The notes below the pieces were generated by a model that was not told where the DNA came from, did not search any database, and was given only the letters and a program-made list of their open reading frames with translations. From an uncultured virus (IMG/VR IMGVR_UViG_3300010346_001238) (taxonomy: Duplodnaviria; Heunggongvirae; Uroviricota; Caudoviricetes), in the IMG/VR virus record IMGVR_UViG_3300010346_001238: 61,188 nt of DNA. One strand, 5' to 3'. Below are positions 47,155 through 57,079 of this stretch, piece by piece. Numbering within the stretch: the first letter of the stretch is position 1; the number at the start of each line of letters is the position of its first letter. The position numbers and the translations under genes were made by a program.

Positions 47155-50100
47155 ATGCAACAACAATATCAATCGCCAAATTTGAATCAAATGCGAACAC
47201 GGTCTTTTGAAGATGATGTCATGAATGTAAAGACCCAATCTCTATATGCAAGATTAAAACGTCTTTTTTCTACAGATGTTATTGTTCGTAATGTTGGTGG
47301 TAAGCAATTAAAAATTAAAGATACTGATAGTATCATGTATGCTACCGACCGCAACTCATTGCGGGATCGGTTTAATCGTATTCGATCTACTGCATATAAT
47401 GCTTATACTCGGGATTTCTCTCTGTCCTATCAGGCAGCTAGAATGGATTTATTTAGAGATTATGACTGTATAGGACCCGATACTATTATTCCTTTACCTG
47501 ATGGATCTAAACCAACTATTAAAGAATTATCCGAAAAATATAAAAATTCGCCCCAAGAAAGATTTTGGGTATTTTCATATGATCAAGAAACAAAATCTAT
47601 AAAACTTGGACGGGCATATCATCCTCGAAAGAAAAAAGGAAAACGATTAGGTTATAAAGTAACATTTGATAATGGACAACATATAATAGGAAGCTTAAAG
47701 CATCCATTTTATATGAGAGATGGAAGTGTAAAGCGTTTATTTGAATTAAGGGTAGGAGATTCGATATTGCCATTTTATCAAAGAGAATATGGATATAATA
47801 AACATGGATTTAAACGATATCGAAGATTATATAATTTTTCAAATGGATGGCAGACTGAGCATAAAATTATTGCAGAACAATTTAATGGAAAATTAAAACG
47901 AGGAGAGGTTGTTCATCATAGTGATTTTAATGGATCTAATAATAATCCGGAAAATTTATGTATAATGGATTGGAAAGAACACAAAAAATTCCACTCGGAT
48001 TATAATAAAAATGTATTATGGGGGCCGGAAAACTATGATATTCAATGTGAAAAATTAAAAACACATCCTAATTATATAAATCGTAAATTTCATGGATGGA
48101 ATGGACGGCGGGGAAATAAAAATCCTTTTTATGGAAAACCCCACACAACAGAATCTAACCAAAAAAGGTCAGTTACATTAAAAAGAATATTAAAAGATCA
48201 AGATCGAGAAGCTGAAAAAAATCCAAATTATAGAAGTGATATAACATTAGATAATGTTCAAGAAAAGGCTTTTGAATATTACAAAGAATATTCAAAAATA
48301 AATCTTAATGATTTTATTAAACATATCGGGTGCAATCATTCTACATTAACTAGGAGACTTAAAAAGGAAGGAATTAATTGGAAGTTTTTTAAGAGAAATG
48401 TAGAAACAACCCTTAATCATAAAATTATTTCAATTGAATGTGTTGGAGAAATTGATGTTTATGATGTAACCGTTGAAAAATACGCCAATTTTGCAACGGA
48501 TAGTTGTATTGTGGGAAATACGATGGATCTTGACCCCATTATATGTTCTGCCTTAGACATTTATGCGGATGAATGTTTAACGACAAATGAAGTGGGTAAT
48601 ATGATTACTGTACATTCAAATAATAATAATGTTAAACGAATATTAGAAAATTTATTTGATGAAATTCTCAATGCCCGATTTAACTTATGGAGTTGGGTAA
48701 GAAATATGTGTAAATATGGGGATTTCTATTTAAAATTGTATATAACTCCCGAATATGGAATATACATGGTAGAACCAATTTCAGCATATAACGTAGAACG
48801 CATTGAAAATTCCGATCCATATAATAAGCGATATGTAAAATTCCAAATTCGACCTACTGATACGGCTCAGGCGGAGGTATTAGAAAATTATCAAATTGCA
48901 CACTTTCGTCTAATTTCAGATAGTAATTTTCTTCCTTATGGAAAAAGTATAATAGAGGGATCTCGAAGAGTGTGGAAACAACTTTCTCTAATGGAAGATG
49001 CTATGCTTATTCATCGTATTATGCGTGCTCCGGAAAAGCGTGTATTTTATACAGATACGGGAAATTTGCCTCCTAATGAAATTGATACTCACGTACAAAA
49101 TTTGATGAATAAAATGAAAAAGGTTCCTTATATAGATGAGAATACTGGGGATTATAATTTACGATTTAACCTGCAAAATATGGTTGAAGATTATTACATT
49201 CCGGTTCGTGGGGGAGATAGTGGAACAAAAATTGATACTTTGGGTGGAATGGAATGGACTGGTACAGAAGACATTGAATATCTAAGAAATAAGCTGATGG
49301 CATCTTTAAAAATTCCAAAGGCATTTTTAGGATATGATGAAACGGTATCAGGAAAAGCAACTTTGGCGTCCGAAGATGTTAGATTTGCACGCACTATTCA
49401 AAGATTGCAACGAATTATTACGTCGGAATTAACAAAAATAGCTATTATACATCTATATGCGCAGGGATATAGAGATGAATCTTTAGTGGATTTTGAATTA
49501 GAATTAACTAATCCTTCAACTATTTTTGAAAAAGAAAAAATTGAAATTTGGTCGGACAAAGTATCGGTAGCTACTGATATGATTGAAAATAAATTTTTCT
49601 CTTATAATTGGGCCTATAAAAATATTTTTAATATGTCTGAAGACGATATTAAAGTAATACGAGAAGAAATTGCTGAAGATGCAAAACAAAGATTCCGATT
49701 TGATTCGATTGAAAATGATGGAGATGACCCCGCCAAGCCATTTAGTAAAATTGAGGGTAGTGGTGGCGGTGGAGGAGGGGGTAGTGGCGGTGGAGGAGGG
49801 GGCCTGGGTGGATTGGGCGGACTATCTGATACCGACGATTTGGAAAAATTGGCCGACGCCGAAGGTCCAGAAGATTTAGATATAGGAGATGAGGGAGAGG
49901 GGGAAGAAGAAGGTCCCGATAAAGAATCCCCACTAAAAGAATATTCCGATCCTCAAGAAAATAGAGACCAGTCAGGATTAAAAAAAGCAGAAGAATATGC
50001 ATTTGGAGAAGACCCCTTGGGGGAGCATGAAAGAGACCCCGAAGAGAAAAAATCTAGTGAGAGAAAACGGTCTAGTCCAATTTCTCATAATTTTGAGAAA

Positions 50101-50283
50101 TCTCCCTTACATCGTTTAGAAGAGAGATCCAAACCAATAGTAGATAAGGAAATGATAGGTAATTTGTCTAAATTTTTATCTAAAACGCAAAAAGAAACCA
50201 AATCCGAATTACTTGTAGAAACTAAGAAATCTTCCCCGACTGGAAGTAAATCAATGTTAGATGAAAGTAATATTATAGAATAA
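47155..50283 (+). CDS. Portal protein (T4 gp20-like) containing an intein
   Basis: 'ALDIYADEC', 'KYGDFY', 'LMEDAMLIHRIMRAPEKRVF', 'EDYYIPVRG', 'LKIPKAFL', 'DVRFARTI.RLQ'; Gly/acidic tail. Confidence 0.93.
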   Translation: MQQQYQSPNLNQMRTRSFEDDVMNVKTQSLYARLKRLFSTDVIVRNVGGKQLKIKDTDSIMYATDRNSLRDRFNRIRSTAYNAYTRDFSLSYQAARMDLFRDYDCIGPDTIIPLPDGSKPTIKELSEKYKNSPQERFWVFSYDQETKSIKLGRAYHPRKKKGKRLGYKVTFDNGQHIIGSLKHPFYMRDGSVKRLFELRVGDSILPFYQREYGYNKHGFKRYRRLYNFSNGWQTEHKIIAEQFNGKLKRGEVVHHSDFNGSNNNPENLCIMDWKEHKKFHSDYNKNVLWGPENYDIQCEKLKTHPNYINRKFHGWNGRRGNKNPFYGKPHTTESNQKRSVTLKRILKDQDREAEKNPNYRSDITLDNVQEKAFEYYKEYSKINLNDFIKHIGCNHSTLTRRLKKEGINWKFFKRNVETTLNHKIISIECVGEIDVYDVTVEKYANFATDSCIVGNTMDLDPIICSALDIYADECLTTNEVGNMITVHSNNNNVKRILENLFDEILNARFNLWSWVRNMCKYGDFYLKLYITPEYGIYMVEPISAYNVERIENSDPYNKRYVKFQIRPTDTAQAEVLENYQIAHFRLISDSNFLPYGKSIIEGSRRVWKQLSLMEDAMLIHRIMRAPEKRVFYTDTGNLPPNEIDTHVQNLMNKMKKVPYIDENTGDYNLRFNLQNMVEDYYIPVRGGDSGTKIDTLGGMEWTGTEDIEYLRNKLMASLKIPKAFLGYDETVSGKATLASEDVRFARTIQRLQRIITSELTKIAIIHLYAQGYRDESLVDFELELTNPSTIFEKEKIEIWSDKVSVATDMIENKFFSYNWAYKNIFNMSEDDIKVIREEIAEDAKQRFRFDSIENDGDDPAKPFSKIEGSGGGGGGGSGGGGGGLGGLGGLSDTDDLEKLADAEGPEDLDIGDEGEGEEEGPDKESPLKEYSDPQENRDQSGLKKAEEYAFGEDPLGEHERDPEEKKSSERKRSSPISHNFEKSPLHRLEERSKPIVDKEMIGNLSKFLSKTQKETKSELLVETKKSSPTGSKSMLDESNIIE
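47467..48519 (+). mobile_element. Intein (351 aa) with HNH endonuclease and NUMOD3 motif
   Basis: Starts 'CIGPDTII'; block B 'SLKHPF'; HNH 'VVHHSDFNGSNNNPENL'; 'NPFYGKPHT.ES'; ends 'VYDVTV..YANFA...IVGN' before Thr+1. Confidence 0.9.
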
Positions 50284-50365
50284 CTTATAGATATATTAGT
50301 ATAAATTTATCGTTTAATGTATTATTTATATATTTATAAACAGTTGAAGGGCAACGTCAAATATT

Positions 50366-51244
50366 ATGCAAAAAAAGAAGCGTCATTCTAAATTTAGAAA
50401 TACAGGAATATTATTTGAATTATTAACGAAGCAAGTAACCGCCGATATAATTGCGGGAAGAGAACATTCTTTAGCTTCGGAATTATTACGAAAATATTTT
50501 AATGAGTCCACTGAACTTGGTAAAGAGTGGAGGTTATATAATACTATTTTAACTGAAAAAATTAAAGACGAACCTCATGCCGAACGATTTTTTACGATTA
50601 TTTTAGAAACACGAAAAAAACTTAGCAGTCGTAAACTTACTTTATTAAAATATAATTTAATTAAAGAAATTAAAGATAAATATCCTATTGAACAATTAAT
50701 GAAAGCGCCAATACGAAATTATAGAATATTGGCGTCTATTTATAAAGTTTTTGAAGACGTAGTATCTCCCGATTATAAATTTGAGATTAAAGAAGTATAT
50801 CAAGCTAAAAACTGCATAATTGAGCATATTATTGATAAACGACCTGTTGCCCACCCTGAAGATGAACTTATTAATCATTATAAATCTCAAACTGAGGATA
50901 TACGTCTTCTTACTTATAAGCTTTTGTGTGAAAAATTTAATGCAAAATATTCGAGTGTATTAGATGAAAACCAAAGGGAAGTTTTAAGAGAATATATTTG
51001 TAATGTTGCCAATACAAATAGTTTTGATGTATTTGTTAAGAAAAAAATAACGGAAATTAAGAAAAACCTTACCGATTCTATTGATAAAATTAAAGATTCG
51101 GATGTAATAAAAATTAAAATTAAAGAAGTTATTAATCAGTTAGATAAAATTAATCCGGGTAAAATTGTTAAAGATAATCATGTAATGGTTTTAATGTTAT
51201 CTTATGAATTACTTAAAGAGATAAAGCGCCAGATTAAAGAATAA
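50366..51244 (+). CDS. Head-module hypothetical protein
   Basis: 'HSKFRNTGILFELL', helical; lies between portal and protease. Confidence 0.7.
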   Translation: MQKKKRHSKFRNTGILFELLTKQVTADIIAGREHSLASELLRKYFNESTELGKEWRLYNTILTEKIKDEPHAERFFTIILETRKKLSSRKLTLLKYNLIKEIKDKYPIEQLMKAPIRNYRILASIYKVFEDVVSPDYKFEIKEVYQAKNCIIEHIIDKRPVAHPEDELINHYKSQTEDIRLLTYKLLCEKFNAKYSSVLDENQREVLREYICNVANTNSFDVFVKKKITEIKKNLTDSIDKIKDSDVIKIKIKEVINQLDKINPGKIVKDNHVMVLMLSYELLKEIKRQIKE

Positions 51245-51245
51245 T

Positions 51246-53369
51246 ATGAAAATTGATTATAACATATTACGTGAACTTTCCGATGAATACGGAGTAGAGC
51301 CGGTTAATCCGACTCTTCTAAATTTTATTACTACTTCTTCTGGACCTATGGAGGAAACATATCACGATCTCCTGCAAGATGCTGGTTATATGTGGGATGA
51401 ACTTGATAAATCTTATATAAAAAATGATACAAAATGCTATTATTATCCCAGGACTCGAAAAGTTTATTGGATATGGGATAATTCTTTAATAAAATCTATA
51501 ACTTTAACAACCGATTTAAAAGAATGGATAACTGAAAATAAAGCAACTGAATTTATTGAGGAATATTTAAAAAACCTTAATTCTAAAAAAAGAGAACCCA
51601 AAAATATATCAAGTGAAATAGAAGTTGATAATGATTTTTTAAAATCAATAGAAAAAATTTATGGAGTTTTTCCACTAGATTATTTTTCAAATTTAAGAAT
51701 TATTTTGGGGTCTCATGGAATTAAATGTGCGGGATGTGAAAGGTTTAATGACTCAATTGAAATGATTTTACATGCCGAGGGATTTGATTGGAAATATGAT
51801 GAATATGCATATGTTAAGGGTAGGGAAAAGGTTTACAATATACCTAAAGCTTCTCTAATTGTTTGGGAATGGCGTGGATTAGTTAGATTTTTTAAAATTA
51901 ATCAAATTGAACAACTAGATAAATGGCTTCGGGGAAATGATAAGTATCCCGAAGGAAAGGCCAATAGATTTAAAAATATATACATTGATCATATTAATAA
52001 AAAAAATCATTCTATATATTCGCAAAATATAAACCTTCCGAAAAAACATATGGATTCTTTTAAAGATCCTGAAGATCCTCGAGGTAAAAAAGAAAAGAGT
52101 AAAGAAGATGTATTAGTACTTAAATTAATTTCATTAATTGAAAGAGGAAAAGAAAATTTAATAACTACTGATCTAATTTTAGATTTTTATAATGAATGTC
52201 CAACTAAAGAAATGAAGCAAAAATTAGCATGGTTTGTAAAAAAGTTTGATGTGGGAGGAATGGATATAAAAGAGGGACAAATACGAGTAAAAGATTTGAT
52301 TCGTTTAATATCTGAAATTGCCTGTTTGACTATTGCAGGAATTAAAAATAAAAAAATTAAATTAAATGAAAATAAGTCTTCAAATCAATATATTATAGAT
52401 TTTGTAAATAAAATGTGGCCTGCAAAGGGTGGAGGTTGGACTATACAACGAGTCGACCCTTATAGATTTGGAGGCACAGTATATATACTTAAACACCAAG
52501 GACCTGTTCCTGAAGAAATATGCATAGGACAATTTGATAATAAATTATATCTATATTATTCAGATACAAAATCGGGGGGAAAATGGAAAGAGTTAGGACC
52601 TTCTGAAATAAATGAAGAAAACTCTGAAAATCAAATTTCGGATGCAGATTACATAAAAGATTTGGCTAATAAAAAATGGCCATCTGATTTTGAATGGAAT
52701 GTAGTTAAAATTGTGCCAATTAGTAATAATCGGGGAAATAAATACATTTTAAAACGGAAACAATCGGGAATGGATATATTAATGGTTTTCAAGGTGGGTA
52801 CAACTTTATTTGGAAGGAAAAAATTAAATAGTGGGGCGTGGGGATCTACAATAAAATTAGCAAATATAGATAAATTTGATTCTTTAGATAAAAAACATCT
52901 CATGGATTTGGTTAATAAAGAATGGCCAAAAGCAGAAGGGTCTGGGGAATGGATGATTAAAGATATGCAACATCAATCATCTATGCCATCATATATTTTG
53001 CAAAGGACCCGAGGAATGGAAACGGCAGAAATTAGCAAAATTGGAGAAGATTTATATTATATTAAACCCGAAGATGGACGAGATGTATCTGAAATATCAA
53101 CTTCGGGAGCCGCATCACCAGTAACAACTCCTTATGCTTTTAAGAAAAAGCCGTTAGGAGAAATGACAACCACCGATAGTGGTACGACCGGATATATGAT
53201 TCCTGGAGCATTTTCTCGTAGAGGGGGGAGTGTTAAAGGAGTTGAAGGATCTAATACTCTTGGATATACATTAACTCCTATAGGAAGGAAAGAAATGGAA
53301 AGAAAGCCAGATCCGTTGTATGAATCAGTAATTAAAACTATTTATAATGAAATAAATAAAAAATGTTAA
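51246..53369 (+). CDS. Multi-repeat hypothetical protein, putative internal head protein
   Basis: Two N-terminal repeats and three 'D(F/L)(V/A)NK.WP...W...YIL' repeats; C-terminal 'E.(S/T)T...P.AF' twice. Confidence 0.6.
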   Translation: MKIDYNILRELSDEYGVEPVNPTLLNFITTSSGPMEETYHDLLQDAGYMWDELDKSYIKNDTKCYYYPRTRKVYWIWDNSLIKSITLTTDLKEWITENKATEFIEEYLKNLNSKKREPKNISSEIEVDNDFLKSIEKIYGVFPLDYFSNLRIILGSHGIKCAGCERFNDSIEMILHAEGFDWKYDEYAYVKGREKVYNIPKASLIVWEWRGLVRFFKINQIEQLDKWLRGNDKYPEGKANRFKNIYIDHINKKNHSIYSQNINLPKKHMDSFKDPEDPRGKKEKSKEDVLVLKLISLIERGKENLITTDLILDFYNECPTKEMKQKLAWFVKKFDVGGMDIKEGQIRVKDLIRLISEIACLTIAGIKNKKIKLNENKSSNQYIIDFVNKMWPAKGGGWTIQRVDPYRFGGTVYILKHQGPVPEEICIGQFDNKLYLYYSDTKSGGKWKELGPSEINEENSENQISDADYIKDLANKKWPSDFEWNVVKIVPISNNRGNKYILKRKQSGMDILMVFKVGTTLFGRKKLNSGAWGSTIKLANIDKFDSLDKKHLMDLVNKEWPKAEGSGEWMIKDMQHQSSMPSYILQRTRGMETAEISKIGEDLYYIKPEDGRDVSEISTSGAASPVTTPYAFKKKPLGEMTTTDSGTTGYMIPGAFSRRGGSVKGVEGSNTLGYTLTPIGRKEMERKPDPLYESVIKTIYNEINKKC

Positions 53370-54193
53370 AATTAAAGAAATTAATTGAATCTTATGGTGC
53401 CGCCGGTCAATATTATGACCTTGGGAAAGATTTTGCCAATTTTCGACGGATGGTAGATGGGGCAACTCAGCAAATTCGATTACAATATGAAAAAATAATA
53501 TCTTCTCGCTTGGCTGGAAAGCGAGTGAGGGCCCGATCTTCAAGAGGATATAAACAATATGTAAAAGATTATGAATTTGATATTGTTAGAATTTCCATAG
53601 ATGATTATTATGGAAATTATGTTGTTGTTGCTCATGATTCTACAACTCCAAAGCCCAAGGAATATTTTTTAAGAACCGATTTTAAAATACAAATTTTGGG
53701 ACCAGCGACCGGAGAACCTTCTCCCCAGAAAGTAAATAAACCTGAGACGCCTACTAAACATCCAGTTCACCCGGTAGCTGATACCCAAGATCAGTCGATG
53801 GAGTTGGCCCCCGCCGGAAATACTCCTGCGGAAACTCCTATAAATGAAGAACCCGACCCCCCACTTCGAGATGGGTATTCTATAGATTTAATTATTTCTG
53901 ATATTGAACCGTGGATTCCTAATATACTTAAAAAGTCTCAATCTTCAATGCGAGATTTTGTTAAAGAATTAGGATGGAAAAAGAAAATAGATGAAAAAAC
54001 AGATGTAATCTTATTTGAAATTTTAATACCATTTGAATTAATTAAGCCAGGAATTACGGTTTCTGTCATTGAAGATTTGCTTTCAAAACAAAATAAAGAA
54101 AATATTAAATATAGTTTGGTAGAATCAATACCAGATAAAAGTAAAGAAGAATTAAAACTTAGAATCAAAAAAACTATTTTTAATGAAATATAA
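53363..54193 (+). CDS. Hypothetical protein, putative head protein
   Basis: N-terminal MLKLKKLIES; 'L.GK.V.AR.S.GY.Q..KDY'. Confidence 0.65.
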   Translation: MLKLKKLIESYGAAGQYYDLGKDFANFRRMVDGATQQIRLQYEKIISSRLAGKRVRARSSRGYKQYVKDYEFDIVRISIDDYYGNYVVVAHDSTTPKPKEYFLRTDFKIQILGPATGEPSPQKVNKPETPTKHPVHPVADTQDQSMELAPAGNTPAETPINEEPDPPLRDGYSIDLIISDIEPWIPNILKKSQSSMRDFVKELGWKKKIDEKTDVILFEILIPFELIKPGITVSVIEDLLSKQNKENIKYSLVESIPDKSKEELKLRIKKTIFNEI

Positions 54194-54198
54194 ATCAT

Positions 54199-54825
54199 AT
54201 GACTAACGAAAGAAGACAACTTTTAATGGAATGTATTTCGTTTGAACTCGATCAAGAGTTATTGCGGGAATCGACGGAACATCCGAATCAACCTTTTAGA
54301 GTACAAGGTATATTACAAAGAAAGGGAAAAACTAATCAAAATGGACGAGTTTATCCGGACGAAGTTCTTATACGAGAAGCTGAAAAATATTCCAAGACAT
54401 TTATTGCTCAACGGAGAGCTATGGGAGAATTAGACCATCCCGAATCTTCGGTAGTTAATCTTAAAAATGTGTCTCATAATGTTATTGAAATGCATTGGGT
54501 CGGAGATGATCTAGTAGGTACTGTAGAAGTATTAACAACTCCCAACGGAAATATTTTAAGGGAATTATTTAAAAATGGTATTAAATTAGGTATTTCTAGC
54601 CGAGGCTTGGGAACTTTAAAGAAAATTTCCGAAGATGTTTCGGTTGTAGATGATGACTTTGAATTAATAGCGTTTGATTTTGTGTCCAATCCCTCTACAT
54701 ATGGGGCGTTCATGTATCCGGTCGGAAAAACTCCTTTGTCCGAGGGAATTGTTAAAAATCCTATAACAAATCGGTGGGAAAAAACCGATGATATAGTGAG
54801 AAATATATTATTGGAAATCGGATAA
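54199..54825 (+). CDS. Prohead core protease (T4 gp21-like)
   Basis: 'N.NGRVYP', 'GELDHP', 'VSH', 'TPNG', 'LGISSRG.G', 'DFVSNPS'. Confidence 0.95.
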   Translation: MTNERRQLLMECISFELDQELLRESTEHPNQPFRVQGILQRKGKTNQNGRVYPDEVLIREAEKYSKTFIAQRRAMGELDHPESSVVNLKNVSHNVIEMHWVGDDLVGTVEVLTTPNGNILRELFKNGIKLGISSRGLGTLKKISEDVSVVDDDFELIAFDFVSNPSTYGAFMYPVGKTPLSEGIVKNPITNRWEKTDDIVRNILLEIG

Positions 54826-54826
54826 T

Positions 54827-55699
54827 ATGAAAATTCATGAAATTAAAAATTTAATAAAAGAGGCAATTGAACAAGAATTATCAAGAGAATATGGAGAAAA
54901 TTGGGATGAAATAGGATTCGATCCAATTACTAAGACATTTCGCCCAACGCCTCGGGATCGAACAAGTCCAGTAAAAATTCTATTAAAACCTCTTAATAAA
55001 TCTGATAAGTGGTGGCGTCCCATATATAAAGATATAAATACTAATAAAATATATGTGGATATAAATTTGGGACAAGGAGAGCCGGAAATATGTGATGTAA
55101 CTAATGAAGGAGAACCAAATACTCCTTTGAGAAAGGGAAGTTATGAAATTGTATCCGAAAATAAAATAAAAATTAATAATTTTAAACGGTTTATAGAACA
55201 ATGCGTTAAAGAAGTTATTGCTGAAAATGATAATTATTATTTAAATGAAGTATTGCAGGAAGGAAGAAGTGTAACTCGACTAACCATAAAAGATAGAGAA
55301 GAATTAAGTAAATTATTTGCTTCCCATTATCTTCAAAATAATGCTGTATTTGTATATGTTCCGCCCAATTTGCAAAGAACAAAGTTAGACCTTCCAAGGA
55401 ATTATATACAGATTTCGCATTTTAGAAATATTTTAACAAAACCCGAACAATTATTGAACAATAGAGGATTTAAATTAGGAGGATATTTAAAACATGAGAC
55501 TATAAAAAAACAATCCACGATAATTCCAAATAGAGTATATAATATTACTACTATATATCGCCCGCTTTTCCATAAAATTTCAGAAGAAGAAGGTTATTTT
55601 ATAATAAGAAATTGTCGGTTTGTATGTATTACGGTACATTATGAGAAAGACGGAATATTTTATTTTAAAATTAATGCATATATCCAACCAACCAATTAA
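54827..55699 (+). CDS. Hypothetical protein, putative internal head protein
   Basis: 'IKNLIKEAIEQE' and internal 'FIEQCVKEVIAE' helices. Confidence 0.6.
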   Translation: MKIHEIKNLIKEAIEQELSREYGENWDEIGFDPITKTFRPTPRDRTSPVKILLKPLNKSDKWWRPIYKDINTNKIYVDINLGQGEPEICDVTNEGEPNTPLRKGSYEIVSENKIKINNFKRFIEQCVKEVIAENDNYYLNEVLQEGRSVTRLTIKDREELSKLFASHYLQNNAVFVYVPPNLQRTKLDLPRNYIQISHFRNILTKPEQLLNNRGFKLGGYLKHETIKKQSTIIPNRVYNITTIYRPLFHKISEEEGYFIIRNCRFVCITVHYEKDGIFYFKINAYIQPTN

Positions 55700-56303
55700 A
55701 TTAATAAAAGAATGTATTCTTGAAGTTTTGCAGGAAAACCTGTTAAATGAAGGATTTGATCCGCTTTCCCAAGGTCCTAATTCGGTTTCTGAAAATCCGT
55801 ATCCTGCATGGAATGAACAAATGCGGAGGTTAGAAGAAGAGTCGGAAGAAAATGATTTAGAAGAAATGTATTTACCTAATAATTTTAAGGAAGAATCGGA
55901 TTTTTTTATTGAAAATAGTGGACTTACTTATCCTGAAAGAGTTGTGGTACGATTGTATATGGAATTGGGCACTATTTCAAAAATGGTACAAAGAATTATT
56001 GATGCTAAATATGATTTACAAGGACTTACAAAAAAACAATATGGTGCTAAATTAAGACGAATATTAAACAATGCATTACAAAAAATTAGGTATAATAAAA
56101 ACAGGTATCGTGAAGGTATAAAAATAGATTTTTCTGGATTTGAAAAAAATTTCTGGTCTAAACAAATGTATAAAAATTATTATGATGAATTATCACGTTT
56201 AAATCTCGAACTGCCGTTGAACTTAAATTTAGAACATCATCCACATGGTCGATATGCACAACAAGCCAATGCTACACCATTTTTAACTCCTCAAGATTAT
56301 TAA
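55674..56303 (+). CDS. Hypothetical protein, putative internal head protein
   Basis: 'LIKECILEVLQE..LNEGFDP'; start uncertain. Confidence 0.55.
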   Translation: MHISNQPIKLIKECILEVLQENLLNEGFDPLSQGPNSVSENPYPAWNEQMRRLEEESEENDLEEMYLPNNFKEESDFFIENSGLTYPERVVVRLYMELGTISKMVQRIIDAKYDLQGLTKKQYGAKLRRILNNALQKIRYNKNRYREGIKIDFSGFEKNFWSKQMYKNYYDELSRLNLELPLNLNLEHHPHGRYAQQANATPFLTPQDY

Positions 56304-56307
56304 TACT

Positions 56308-56934
56308 ATGATTAAATATTTTATACTTTTAATTGGATTGATTGTTATTAGTTTATCTGGTGGTTGTTCAAAAGCAAACCGAAAAGATTTATTACAGGCA
56401 CCTCCTCCGGCAAAGTATGAAATGATGGAGGGGGTTTTCTTACCAATGCCCGGCGAAACTGAAAAGGTGCATACGGGAGAATATTCGATAATGACTGCTA
56501 CATCTTCAGATATTGGAGATGCTTTAGAAAAAGCTGGAGTGCCTAGAACTACATATGTTCCCCTCTCAAATATATATGGAATATTAAATTCTAAGTGGTT
56601 TTTAGGAGAGTTTACAGATGCATATCAGGCACATATGAAAGATTTAAATGCAAAATATACGCCGGAATTATTTGTTTGTGGACAATATGCTACTTTAGCA
56701 TGTAATTTTGCAATGGAATCGGCTATTCGTACCGGCGATGCTCTTTATCCGTCGTTGGGATGGATTATATTAAATTTGGGCGAGCCAGGAAGATATAATT
56801 TACATGCAATAAATGTATATTATGATGGAAAAAAAATTATTTTTTATGAACCCCAAACTATTAATGGATTTTCTTTTAGAGAAGTAAAAATACCCAGAGA
56901 AAAATTGGCTTCGACAATGGTTTGTGTATTTTAA
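56308..56934 (+). CDS. Lipoprotein with a papain/transglutaminase-like (agglutinin C-terminal-like) domain
   Basis: Lipobox-like 'LSGGC'; 'FVCGQYA', 'HAINV', 'FYEPQ' give a candidate Cys-His-Glu triad. Confidence 0.65.
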   Translation: MIKYFILLIGLIVISLSGGCSKANRKDLLQAPPPAKYEMMEGVFLPMPGETEKVHTGEYSIMTATSSDIGDALEKAGVPRTTYVPLSNIYGILNSKWFLGEFTDAYQAHMKDLNAKYTPELFVCGQYATLACNFAMESAIRTGDALYPSLGWIILNLGEPGRYNLHAINVYYDGKKIIFYEPQTINGFSFREVKIPREKLASTMVCVF

Positions 56935-56956
56935 AACGATTTCAAAATAAAATAAG

Positions 56957-56985
56957 TTGATTTGGTTTGTAATTTCGTATATATT
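56957..56985 (+). promoter_or_regulatory. Sigma70-type promoter
   Basis: TTGATT (56957-56962), 17 nt spacer, TATATT (56980-56985). Confidence 0.5.
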
Positions 56986-57032
56986 GGGGTCTATATGTGC
57001 AAAGATTGTACTTGTATTTATCTTTGGTGCGG

Positions 57033-57070
57033 GAAGAAACCCCGCCTGCTTTAGCGGGTGGGTAGTTCAT
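57033..57070 (+). mobile_element. IS200/IS605-family right-end-like remnant (no transposase or TnpB in the window)
   Basis: GAAGAAACCCCGCCTGCTTTAGCGGGTGGGTAGTTCAT: a GC-rich hairpin with TTTA loop followed by TAGTTCAT. Confidence 0.55.
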
Positions 57071-57079
57071 TAAAAAGTT

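Noticed and set aside
49756..49822. G-rich tandem repeat in the portal 3' region
   Set aside because: Explained by a poly-Gly linker in the low-complexity portal tail.
8123..54433. Short alternative-frame + strand ORFs (8123, 24956, 33026, 39573, 43417, 49670, 54242)
   Set aside because: Nested inside long genes, with no motifs or initiation signals.
50366..56303. Major capsid protein expected near the portal and protease
   Set aside because: No ORF here shows gp23-like motifs; the gene is presumably outside the window, so none was called.
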